NCBI RefSeq assembly: GCF_031460495.1
Contig: NZ_JAVKTS010000002.1
Location: 209,332-241,331 of the forward strand
Reading direction: 5' to 3'
Origin: Tissierella sp.
GTDB taxonomy: Bacteria > Bacillota > Clostridia > Tissierellales > Tissierellaceae
Length of the DNA: 32,000 nt
This document shows, in pieces, positions 9,108 through 18,532 of the stretch (positions within the stretch are counted from its first letter, which is position 1; each line of letters starts with the position of its first letter). The translations under genes and the position numbers were made by a program. The notes under the pieces were generated by a model. That model ran no database searches and was not told the DNA's origin. It was given only the letters and a program-made list of their open reading frames with translations.

Positions 9108-9320
9108 ATGATGAGCGTAAGTTATAAAAAATTATGGAAGCTGATTATTGATAAAGATATGACCAACGTTGAAGTTCGAAAAGCTACAGGAATTAGCCCC
9201 GCTACTTTTACCAAGCTTAAGAAAAATGAAATTGTATCTCTAGATATTTTATTAAAGATATGCAAATTGTTGGATTGTAATATTGGCGATATTGTAGATG
9301 TTGTAAAGGATGCAGAGTGA
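9108..9320 (+). CDS. Small XRE/YozG-like HTH transcriptional regulator, first gene of the BREX locus
   Basis: 70 aa. 'MTNVEVRKATGISPATFTKLKKNE...LDILLKICKLLDCNIGDIV' matches the short HTH-only (HTH_26-like) pattern. AGAGGTG RBS. Confidence 0.7.
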   Translation: MMSVSYKKLWKLIIDKDMTNVEVRKATGISPATFTKLKKNEIVSLDILLKICKLLDCNIGDIVDVVKDAE

Positions 9321-9383
9321 TGTCCGTTTTATGGTACAGCTCTTCTGTTATATTAATATGGGTAAGTTTTTGGAGGAAGATCT

Positions 9384-9980
9384 ATGGAAAAATATAGTTC
9401 AGGACTTGTATCAGAATCTTTTTGGTTTATCGAATTCAAAAAGATAATAAAGTTGAGAAATGACGGTAAATCTTGGGATGACATTAGAGATCTATGTTTA
9501 AATGATAATTTGCTTGGCATCTCGAAGGAGTATAGAGCAAGGCGTATTTATGGATACTTAAAAAATCGAGTCGATGTAATTGATGAAGGTCTAATAAATA
9601 TATTTATCAATGCGGATTTAACAACTCAGAAGATTATCAATATTATTGCCATAGCAAAGAAAAATAGATTGTTTTTTGAGTTTTTATATGAGGTATATCG
9701 TGAAAAGGTACTACTTGGCGCTATAGAGCTTACAGATAGTGACATTAATATCTTTTTCAAAAATAAGCAGGGGCAAGATGAAGATATTAGCAAATGGACA
9801 GATGTGACATTAAAAAGACTTCGTAGCACGTACATGAATTTTTTAACTGATGCAGGATTTTTAACCGGAATAGATAAACAAAGAAGTATCACACCACCGA
9901 TCTTAGAAATCTCACTGGAGAATTATCTTAAAGATAATGGCGAAAAGCAGATGCTTAAAGCTATAAGGGGGGCAGATTAA
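9384..9980 (+). CDS. brxA: BREX protein BrxA (DUF1819)
   Basis: About 198 aa, starts 'YSSGL...', helical, ends '...FLTDAGFL'. Its position is immediately 5' of brxB/brxC. Confidence 0.85.
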   Translation: MEKYSSGLVSESFWFIEFKKIIKLRNDGKSWDDIRDLCLNDNLLGISKEYRARRIYGYLKNRVDVIDEGLINIFINADLTTQKIINIIAIAKKNRLFFEFLYEVYREKVLLGAIELTDSDINIFFKNKQGQDEDISKWTDVTLKRLRSTYMNFLTDAGFLTGIDKQRSITPPILEISLENYLKDNGEKQMLKAIRGAD

Positions 9981-10565
9981 TTGCGTAATTTAGAGAGTAG
10001 GCTTAATGAATTAGAAGATAAGATAAAACAGCCAAATTTTAGAAAGAATAAAGGTCTTGGAAATGAAGTAGGTTATTATGTATTCGATTACCCAGCAGAG
10101 CAAGAGCTTACTGTGAGAGAAAGAGTGCATTATCTTGTATCAAAGTATGAAAAAAATGTTCATGATTTTAAGTTAATTGTATTTGATTTGTATGACATTA
10201 TTATAGATTTGTTGATACAAGAAGGCTTTTTAGAAATTTGCGAAGAATTTGAAAAGACGAAAGGTTTACAAGAGATTACAAGGGCAGTCAACGAGATGCT
10301 TCGTATGGAAGAAGATAACCAAAGTAATGAGATATTGGCGCATATTAAGAAAAATACACCAAAGGATTCAATTGTGTTTTTAACAGGTGTTGGGAAATGC
10401 TTTCCTATTTTGCGTTCACATAAAATTCTAAACAATTTACATCAATTTATAGATGAGGTTCCAGTTGTAATGTTTTTTCCTGGAAAGTACGATGGTCAAT
10501 CATTGATGCTTTTTTCTGAAATTAAAGATGATAATTATTACAGAGCATTTAAGCTCGTAGATTGA
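9981..10565 (+). CDS. brxB: BREX protein BrxB (DUF1788)
   Basis: 194 aa, abuts the brxA stop (TTG start). 'YYVFDYPAEQEL' is the characteristic BrxB N-terminal motif. Position fits. Confidence 0.85.
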   Translation: MRNLESRLNELEDKIKQPNFRKNKGLGNEVGYYVFDYPAEQELTVRERVHYLVSKYEKNVHDFKLIVFDLYDIIIDLLIQEGFLEICEEFEKTKGLQEITRAVNEMLRMEEDNQSNEILAHIKKNTPKDSIVFLTGVGKCFPILRSHKILNNLHQFIDEVPVVMFFPGKYDGQSLMLFSEIKDDNYYRAFKLVD

Positions 10566-10578
10566 GAGGTGGAGGATT

Positions 10579-13500
10579 ATGTTTATAAAGAATATGTTTG
10601 CTAAACCAATTGACAGAAATATAAAAGGTGTTATTAAAGTTGGACAAGGTGATGATGAAAATGTAAAGCAAGAGCTTGAAGAATATGTAGTAACAAGAGA
10701 GCTACAAAAACACTTTGCAGATTTTTTTTCTAGTTATAAAAGAGGAATTGTTGGAAATACAGATGCAATGGGTGTTTGGATTTCTGGTTTCTTTGGAAGT
10801 GGTAAATCACATTTCTTAAAAATACTATCTTACCTATTGGAAAATCGTGTTGTTGATGGAAAAACAGCACTTAATTATTTTATCGAAGACAAAAAAATAA
10901 AAGATGAAATGGTACTTGCGGATATGCAACTTGCAGCCAACGTATCAAGTGATGTTATTTTGTTTAATATTGATTCTAAAAGTGGAATGGGTGATACTCA
11001 GAATAACAAGGAAGCTATTCTTTCTGTATTTTTAAAAGTCTTTAATCAACATTTAGGGTTCTATGGGGCTAACCCTTTTTTGGCAGATTTAGAAAGGCAA
11101 CTTACAGAGGAAGGTAAATATGAAGATTTCAAAAAAGCATTTGCAGAAATACGTGGTAAGAAATGGTTAGACTCTAGACATCAATTTAGATTTATTCAGG
11201 ATGATGTATGTAAGACATTGGTTCAAATAGATTTTATGAGTATGGATGCTGCAAAAAATTGGTGTGAAAGTTCTACAGGTACCTATAATATCGACATTAT
11301 GACTTTTGCAAATATGGTTAAGAAATACATAAATAAGAAAGGTAACAATCATCACATTGTATTTCTAGTGGACGAAATTGGACAATATATTGGTGATGAT
11401 TCAAAATTAATGTTAAATCTACAGACAGTTACTGAAGATTTAGGATCTGCTTGCCACGGTAAAGCTTGGGTTGTAGTTACTAGTCAGCAGGATATTGATA
11501 GCATTACAAAAACGAAGGGAAATGATTTCTCCAAGATTCAAGGTAGATTTGATACAAGACTTTCTTTGTCATCAGCAAACGTTGATGAAGTAATACGAAA
11601 GAGAATACTTGAAAAAACAGAAACAGGAAGACAAACATTGGGGCTTCTCTACGATGAAAAAGATACGATAATCAAAAACCTTATTATTTTTAATGACGGC
11701 ATAGAAAAGAAACTATATTCGGATAGAAATGATTTTTCTGCTGTTTACCCTTTCGTTCCTTATCAGTTTAATTTGCTGGCAAGTGTACTTACTTCAATAC
11801 GGACTCATGGAGCAAGCGGTAAGCATCTAGCAGAAGGTGAGAGATCTATGCTGGCATTATTTAAAGAGTCTGCTATGAAGATTATGGAGAATTCTGAAGG
11901 ATCAATTGTTCCTTTTAATCTGTTCTATGATGCTCTTGAACAATTTTTAGATCATAGTCATAAGGGCGTTATTATCCGTGCCTATGATAATGAATACTTA
12001 AATCCTGACAAATTAGAGGATTGTTTTGATGTCAATGTTTTAAAGACACTTTTTATGATTAAATATGTCAAAGAAATTGTTGCGAATTTAGAGAACATCA
12101 CAAGCTTAATGATTTCTAATATTGATGATGATAGAATTGTACTAAAAGATAAAGTTGAGCAGTCTTTAAAACGTCTTGTTCGCCAAACTCTCATACAAAA
12201 AACTGGTGAGGTATACGTGTTTTTAACTGATGAAGAACAGGAGATTAATAGAGAAATTGAAAGTCAAAATGTTGAAATTTCTGAAGTTATTGGGAAAGTA
12301 TCAGAGATGATTTTTGATGGGTTATATTCAGAGAAAAAATACAGATATCCAGCATTTAACGGTCGATATAATTTTGGGTTTAATCAGATTGTAGATGACA
12401 GACCTTATAAGGGAAATCAAAATTACGATATCTCACTTAGAATATTAACACCAAATTATGAATCAGGTACAGATGAAACAACACTTCGCATGATGAGTGG
12501 TCAGAGTAAATGTGTTATTGTAGCACTACCAGATGATAAAGCATTTATAGATGAGATTCGCTCTGCCCTAAAGATAGAAAAGTATTTAAGATTGAATACG
12601 TCCAATAGGGTAAGTAAATATGAGCAAATCAAAGAAGCAAAACGTGTTGAAATGCGTGAGAGGAATTCAAATGCTCGCATTTTTCTGGAAGAATCTTTGA
12701 AGGATGCTGATATTTATACTAATAGTGACAAAATACAGAATGTATCAAAAGATATAGCTGTGCGTATTAATGATGCTCTTGGTAGACTTGTACATACCGT
12801 ATATCACAAGCTATCTTATATTGATACTTCAGTGGGAGAATCTCATATCAGATCAGTTTTGAAAGGAAATAATAATAATCAACTTTCCCTTGATGGTACT
12901 GATCAAACACCTAATAAACTTGCTTTAAAAGATGTCTTAGATTTTATAAGTATGAATACTCAAAGACATGCGAAGACATCTATGAAGTCCATAATGGAGC
13001 GATTTACAAAAGCACCATACGGATTTATAGAGGATGACGTTCAATGGCTAATTGCTAAATTATTTAAAGATGGTGATATAGCATTATTTGTGAACAATGA
13101 TGTGGTTACCCTATTAACCAAATCTGAGGATGAGGTCTATCGCTACCTTAGTCGTAAAGAATATCTCGAAAAGCTTCTTACAGAACAAAGAGAGAAAGCA
13201 AATGATAAGCAGAAGAAAGCTGTGAGAGAAGTTATGAAAGAGCTGTTTAATGTGTCACCAATGAGTGATGAAGATGATTCCATGTTAAAGAGCTTTCAGC
13301 AATATGCAACTAACTTAAAAAATGATCTTGAAAAGTTAGAAATTCATTACAAAAACGAACCAAGCTATCCGGGTAACAATGTTGTCAAAGATGGAAAGTC
13401 TGAGCTTATGAACTTGTTGGAAATTAAGTACTCAGTGGAATTTTTTAAGACAGTTGATGATAAATTGGATAAAATATTGGGATTTGCAGAAGATTATGAA

Positions 13501-14205
13501 CCTGTAAAAGCTTTCTTTGGTGGGGAACAGATTGAGATTTGGAATCGAAGTCTACGCTTGCTAAAGATATATGATGATAGTAAGACATTTATAGTCAACA
13601 AAGAAATTGAAACAGTGGTTGCTGAAATAAAAGGAATCATGAAGAAATCATATCCTTATAGTGAAATCAGAAAGATACCTGAACTTCTTGAGCGTTATAC
13701 AGAACATTATAATAGAATGCTCGATGAAATGGAGCAACCTGTTCTTGCTGCCATTAAAGAAGCACACTCTCGTGTTGTGGAAGAACTTGAAGGAAAAGAG
13801 TGCAAAGATATATTTTCTAAAAAGGTATATGAACGTTTTAATGAAATTAGTGAAAAAGCAAAAAGCTGTAATAATGTAGCTACCTTACAAAATATAAAAG
13901 TGGAAGCTGATGCTTTAAAAGTCCGATTGCTCAATGAGATTAGTACAGAAGAAACACGCATTATAGAATCAAAACTACTAAAACCAACACCTGAATCAGG
14001 AGCCGACAAAGTCGCTGAAAATCATATGCCTTTTATTAATAAGCCAAAGATGAAAACCCAAAAGACTGTTAGTATCAAATCAATCAATTCAGAGACTACT
14101 TGGAGGATTGAAACAGAAGCAGATGTAGACCGTTATGTTGAAACCTTAAAGGCAAAATTAAAGCAAAGTATTAAAGAAAATACAATCTTGAATATAGAAT
14201 TTTAA
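10579..14205 (+). CDS. brxC: BREX P-loop ATPase BrxC/PglY
   Basis: 1208 aa. Walker A 'GFFGSGKSHF', Walker B 'IVFLVDEIGQY', long coiled C-terminal half. GGTGGAGG RBS. Confidence 0.9.
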   Translation: MFIKNMFAKPIDRNIKGVIKVGQGDDENVKQELEEYVVTRELQKHFADFFSSYKRGIVGNTDAMGVWISGFFGSGKSHFLKILSYLLENRVVDGKTALNYFIEDKKIKDEMVLADMQLAANVSSDVILFNIDSKSGMGDTQNNKEAILSVFLKVFNQHLGFYGANPFLADLERQLTEEGKYEDFKKAFAEIRGKKWLDSRHQFRFIQDDVCKTLVQIDFMSMDAAKNWCESSTGTYNIDIMTFANMVKKYINKKGNNHHIVFLVDEIGQYIGDDSKLMLNLQTVTEDLGSACHGKAWVVVTSQQDIDSITKTKGNDFSKIQGRFDTRLSLSSANVDEVIRKRILEKTETGRQTLGLLYDEKDTIIKNLIIFNDGIEKKLYSDRNDFSAVYPFVPYQFNLLASVLTSIRTHGASGKHLAEGERSMLALFKESAMKIMENSEGSIVPFNLFYDALEQFLDHSHKGVIIRAYDNEYLNPDKLEDCFDVNVLKTLFMIKYVKEIVANLENITSLMISNIDDDRIVLKDKVEQSLKRLVRQTLIQKTGEVYVFLTDEEQEINREIESQNVEISEVIGKVSEMIFDGLYSEKKYRYPAFNGRYNFGFNQIVDDRPYKGNQNYDISLRILTPNYESGTDETTLRMMSGQSKCVIVALPDDKAFIDEIRSALKIEKYLRLNTSNRVSKYEQIKEAKRVEMRERNSNARIFLEESLKDADIYTNSDKIQNVSKDIAVRINDALGRLVHTVYHKLSYIDTSVGESHIRSVLKGNNNNQLSLDGTDQTPNKLALKDVLDFISMNTQRHAKTSMKSIMERFTKAPYGFIEDDVQWLIAKLFKDGDIALFVNNDVVTLLTKSEDEVYRYLSRKEYLEKLLTEQREKANDKQKKAVREVMKELFNVSPMSDEDDSMLKSFQQYATNLKNDLEKLEIHYKNEPSYPGNNVVKDGKSELMNLLEIKYSVEFFKTVDDKLDKILGFAEDYEPVKAFFGGEQIEIWNRSLRLLKIYDDSKTFIVNKEIETVVAEIKGIMKKSYPYSEIRKIPELLERYTEHYNRMLDEMEQPVLAAIKEAHSRVVEELEGKECKDIFSKKVYERFNEISEKAKSCNNVATLQNIKVEADALKVRLLNEISTEETRIIESKLLKPTPESGADKVAENHMPFINKPKMKTQKTVSIKSINSETTWRIETEADVDRYVETLKAKLKQSIKENTILNIEF

Positions 14206-14217
14206 CGGGAGGAAGTT

Positions 14218-17200
14218 ATGAATAAGACAGCAATTAAGAACTTTGCCATATGGGCTAGATGTAAACTCATCAGCGATATCACATATAAAGCAGGGGTTAT
14301 AGGTATCAATGAAAAATGCATATTACAGCCATTGCCAATATCCACAGATAATGTACAATTTTTTGACATTGGTACAGGAAAACCTACTGAGATTTCAAAT
14401 CATGAAATTAAGCAACGTAATGCTCTTGTACATAGAATCAAAGAAAAAGAAAGTACATCTGATTATAGAACGGCTTTTCAATTTGTTATGGAAGAAGTTG
14501 CATATACGTGGTTTAATCGCTTGGTTGCTATTCGTTTTATGGAAGTCAATGATTATCTACCTTCACGTATTCGTGTACTTTCAAGTGAAACAAAGGGAAA
14601 GTCAGAACCAGATATGGTGACGACACCCTTTGATACGGATATGAATTTCTCACCATATGAAAAAGATAGAATCGTACAGTTAAAAGATGAGAATAAATTG
14701 AATGAACTATTCCGTATGCTATTTATTAAGCAATGTAATAAATTAAATGAGGTGCTTCCCGAACTCTTCGAAGAGACATCGGACTATACAGAATTCTTAC
14801 TTAATATTTCTTTTACAGATAAAGATGGAGTTGTAAGTCATCTTATAAATGATATTGAAGAGAAAGATTTTACTGAGGCAGTAGAAATTATCGGATGGCT
14901 TTACCAGTATTATAATGAAGAACGTAAGAATGAGGTCATAAATATTTATAAAGGAACAATTAAAAAGGATGACATACCAGCAGCCACGCAGTTATTTACA
15001 ACGGATTGGGTTGTTCGTTATATGGTTGATAATTCTCTAGGTCGTTATTGGATAGAAAGAAATCCTCAGAGTAAATTACAAGATAAATTACAATATTTTT
15101 TGACACCTAAAAATGGTGAAATTCAATTTATTAATGAAAAAGTTACCCCTGAAGAGATGACGTTTTTTGACCCTTGTATGGGAAGTGGTCATATTCTTGT
15201 ATATGCCTTTGATGTACTTATGGAAATATATAGAGAGTGTGGTTATGTAGATAGAGATGCAGCACAGGCAATTGTTGAAAACAATCTATTTGGGTTGGAT
15301 ATTGATAACCGCGCTTATCAACTTGCTTATTTTGCAGTTATGATGAAAGCACGTAGTTATGATAGAAGATTTTTAACTAGAAAAATCGAACCTAATATTT
15401 CTGTAATTGAAGAAACCAATACAATTAAAAAGTTTAGCTGTGATGGTGTTACTAACGACAGAGAACAGAATAAAGTTGGTGAATATCTTGTTAATGCCTA
15501 TAAGCATGCAAAAGAAATAGGTAGTTTAATACCTATTGAAAATAGAGATTATAATGCGTTTGAAGAATATTTAAATACCTGTAACCTTTCTGGTCAGATT
15601 ACAATTGATAGCGATCATTGGAACAGAGATACTTTACCAGTAATGATAAAGGTTGTAAAACAAGCACGTATTATGATACAAAAGTATTCAGTTGTTTGTA
15701 CCAATCCTCCTTATATGAACAAATTAGAGGGGAATCTCAAAAAGTTTGTGGTTGAGAAATACAAACCATATAGTGGAGATTTATTCTCTGTGTTTATATA
15801 TAAAAATTTTGATTACTGTAAGCCAAACGGTTATTCAGCATTCATGACACCATTTGTATGGATGTTTATAAAAACTTATGAAAAACTGAGGGAATATATC
15901 ATCAATCAAAAATCAATTACTACACTTGTGCAGATGGAATATTCTGCTTTTGAGGAAGCTACTGTACCTATATGCTCTTTTGTTTTGAAAAATGGCAAAA
16001 TAGAAAAAGGATTGTATTTTAAGCTGTCTGATTTTAAAGGTGGAATGGAAGTACAGAAACAAAAAGTGTTAGAAGCAATTGAGGATAAAGAGTGTGGATA
16101 CTTTTATGAAACAAGTTCAGAAAACTTCTCCAAAATCCCTGGTTCGCCGATTGCGTATTGGGTAACTGAGAAAATTCATTTATGTTTTGAAAAAGGGAGT
16201 ATTCTTGGTGAAATTGCGAAACCTCGACAAGGTATGGCAACAACAAATAACAATCTTTTCTTAAGGCAATGGTATGAAGTTAATAATATGAAAACTTTTT
16301 TTATTGCAAAAAATAGCAAAGAAGCTTATGAGAGCAGTAAGAAATGGTTTCCATATAATAAAGGCGGAGAATATAGAAAGTGGTATGGAAATAATGATTG
16401 TTTAGTTAATTGGGAAGATGATGGCAGAGATATAAAAAAATACCTCGAAGGCAAAAATCCGAACATTCCAAGAGGTGAATCTCTTTATTTTGACAAGTGC
16501 TTTTCTTGGTCGTTAATTTCTTCTGCATCACCTGCTTTTAGATTTAAAGATTATGGAAATATATTTGATATTGCAGGAATGAGTTGTTTTTCCACCAATA
16601 ATCTCTGGTATCTGTTAGCATTGTGCAATAGTAAAATTGCACTAAAAATTCTTAGAATTTTAGCGCCTACGATTAATTTCCAAGCGGGAGATATCGCAAA
16701 TATACCTGTTATTTTTTCCAAAGAACACGAGGCACAAATAAATATTTTAGTCGATCAAAATATTTCCATCTCTAAAACTGATTGGGATTCCTTCGAAACA
16801 TCATGGGATTTTATTACTCATCCACTCATTATCTATCGTAGTAGTGCAGATTATGCCGATGTACAGATGGATAAATGGCAGTTTAAAATAGTTGATGCTT
16901 TTAGAAGTTGGGAAAGTAATACAGAAACGCAATTTAATATCCTCAAAGCCAACGAAGAAGAACTTAATCGTATTTTCATAGAAATATACGGCTTACAAGA
17001 TGAACTTACTCCCGAGGTAGAAGATAAGGATGTTACTGTCCGAAAGGCAGACCTACAAAGAGATATTAAAAGCCTTATATCCTATGCAGTTGGATGCATG
17101 TTCGGGAGATATTCCCTTGATGTAGATGGCCTTGCTTACGCAGGTGGCGAATGGAATGATAGCAAATACACCACTTTTATACCTGATGAGGATAACTGTG

Positions 17201-17790
17201 TTCCAATTACCGATGAAGAATATTTTGAAGATGACATTGTTGGTTTATTTGTTGCATTTGTAAAGAAAGTGTACGGAATTGAAACTCTTGAAGAAAATCT
17301 TGATTTTATTGCAAAAGCGCTAGGCAATAAAGGTGATACTTCAAGAGAGGTAATTCGTAACTACTTTGTAAAAGATTTTTATAAAGATCATTTAAAGATT
17401 TATCAGAAACGTCCAATTTATTGGTTATATGACAGTGGTAAACAAGATGGATTCAAAGCTCTAATATACATGCACCGTTATAATGCTGATACAACAGGTA
17501 TTGTTCGTGTTGACTACCTTCACAAAATGCAGAAAATTTATATGGGTGAAATTGATCGTATGCAGGATATGGTGGAAAATGGTACTCAAGTTCGTGAAAT
17601 TGCACAGGCAGAAAAACGGAAAGAGAAACTTATTAAACAGCTTAAAGAAACAAAAGAATATGATGAGAAAATTGCCCATATTGCTCTTAGTCGAATAGAT
17701 ATAGATCTTGATGATGGAGTAAAGGTTAATTATGAAAAAGCTCAAACAGCTCAAGATGGCAAGAAACTTGATATTCTTGGAAAGATCTAG
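14218..17790 (+). CDS. pglX: BREX N6-adenine DNA methyltransferase PglX
   Basis: 1190 aa. SAM motif 'FFDPCMGSGHILV', catalytic 'NPPY' (15703-15714). Size and position are canonical. Confidence 0.9.
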   Translation: MNKTAIKNFAIWARCKLISDITYKAGVIGINEKCILQPLPISTDNVQFFDIGTGKPTEISNHEIKQRNALVHRIKEKESTSDYRTAFQFVMEEVAYTWFNRLVAIRFMEVNDYLPSRIRVLSSETKGKSEPDMVTTPFDTDMNFSPYEKDRIVQLKDENKLNELFRMLFIKQCNKLNEVLPELFEETSDYTEFLLNISFTDKDGVVSHLINDIEEKDFTEAVEIIGWLYQYYNEERKNEVINIYKGTIKKDDIPAATQLFTTDWVVRYMVDNSLGRYWIERNPQSKLQDKLQYFLTPKNGEIQFINEKVTPEEMTFFDPCMGSGHILVYAFDVLMEIYRECGYVDRDAAQAIVENNLFGLDIDNRAYQLAYFAVMMKARSYDRRFLTRKIEPNISVIEETNTIKKFSCDGVTNDREQNKVGEYLVNAYKHAKEIGSLIPIENRDYNAFEEYLNTCNLSGQITIDSDHWNRDTLPVMIKVVKQARIMIQKYSVVCTNPPYMNKLEGNLKKFVVEKYKPYSGDLFSVFIYKNFDYCKPNGYSAFMTPFVWMFIKTYEKLREYIINQKSITTLVQMEYSAFEEATVPICSFVLKNGKIEKGLYFKLSDFKGGMEVQKQKVLEAIEDKECGYFYETSSENFSKIPGSPIAYWVTEKIHLCFEKGSILGEIAKPRQGMATTNNNLFLRQWYEVNNMKTFFIAKNSKEAYESSKKWFPYNKGGEYRKWYGNNDCLVNWEDDGRDIKKYLEGKNPNIPRGESLYFDKCFSWSLISSASPAFRFKDYGNIFDIAGMSCFSTNNLWYLLALCNSKIALKILRILAPTINFQAGDIANIPVIFSKEHEAQINILVDQNISISKTDWDSFETSWDFITHPLIIYRSSADYADVQMDKWQFKIVDAFRSWESNTETQFNILKANEEELNRIFIEIYGLQDELTPEVEDKDVTVRKADLQRDIKSLISYAVGCMFGRYSLDVDGLAYAGGEWNDSKYTTFIPDEDNCVPITDEEYFEDDIVGLFVAFVKKVYGIETLEENLDFIAKALGNKGDTSREVIRNYFVKDFYKDHLKIYQKRPIYWLYDSGKQDGFKALIYMHRYNADTTGIVRVDYLHKMQKIYMGEIDRMQDMVENGTQVREIAQAEKRKEKLIKQLKETKEYDEKIAHIALSRIDIDLDDGVKVNYEKAQTAQDGKKLDILGKI

Positions 17791-17801
17791 GGTGATGATT
17801 T

Positions 17802-18521
17802 ATGGAGAAGGAAATGATAATTTCTGATATTAATCACTTGCTTAATACTGTTAGTACCGCTATTGAGGATGAAGATTCAAATATGTCTTCGTTTATTTAT
17901 GATAATTATATTAGAATTGCCGAAGTATGCAAAAGTAATTACTTTTTAAATATTCCGTTACTTTCATTGAATGATATTCTGAATTATGAAGAAAAGGGTG
18001 GTATGCGAGGAACATATTCTGCAATTCAAACGAGTTTAAAGCAGATTAAGAGTAGAATAGAAATATATATAAGTTATAATCCGAGAACTTATACTAAACC
18101 GTATTTTATGGATATTAAAGATTCAATTATTTCAGAAATCGAACGAGCAAGTTTTGTTATTTGGATTGCTATTGCTTGGTTTACGGATCTTGATATTTAT
18201 AAAGCTTTATTATCTGCTAAAGAGCAAGGTGTAAATGTTCAAATATTAACACTCAACCATGAAAATAATAAAAATAGAGATGGTAGCTATAAGTTGGACT
18301 TTAGAAAGAAAATTGAAACTAAATACTTTTCCGGATATGTTGTAGGGCAAGAAAATTTACATCATAAATTTTGCATGATTGATTTTGAAATGGTTATTAC
18401 TGGATCATATAATTGGACTATAAGTGCAAGTAAAAATTCAGAAGATGTAATATTTGTTTATGATATAGAAACAGCAAAAAATTATGCTGAAAAATTTGTA
18501 GATTTAAAGAAAAAAGTTTAA
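17802..18521 (+). CDS. PLD-superfamily (single HKD, Nuc/BfiI-like) putative nuclease with an uncharacterised ~100-aa N-terminal region
   Basis: 'HHKFCMID' (HxKx4D) plus 'GSYNWT' at 18360-18419. Upstream, 'ASFVIWIAIAWFTDLDIYKALLSAKEQGVNVQIL' is the usual PLDc_2 beta-alpha-beta start. There are 11-nt gaps to pglX and to pglZ. Confidence 0.75.
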   Translation: MEKEMIISDINHLLNTVSTAIEDEDSNMSSFIYDNYIRIAEVCKSNYFLNIPLLSLNDILNYEEKGGMRGTYSAIQTSLKQIKSRIEIYISYNPRTYTKPYFMDIKDSIISEIERASFVIWIAIAWFTDLDIYKALLSAKEQGVNVQILTLNHENNKNRDGSYKLDFRKKIETKYFSGYVVGQENLHHKFCMIDFEMVITGSYNWTISASKNSEDVIFVYDIETAKNYAEKFVDLKKKV

Positions 18522-18532
18522 GGTGGTGAAAA

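Noticed and set aside
10722-16440. Homopolymers in BREX genes considered as phase-variation switches: T8 in brxC at 10722-10729, T7 at 16296-16302 and A7 at 16434-16440 in pglX.
   Set aside because: Tracts of 7-8 nt are common in AT-rich genomes and shorter than typical phase-variable tracts. All three ORFs are intact here.
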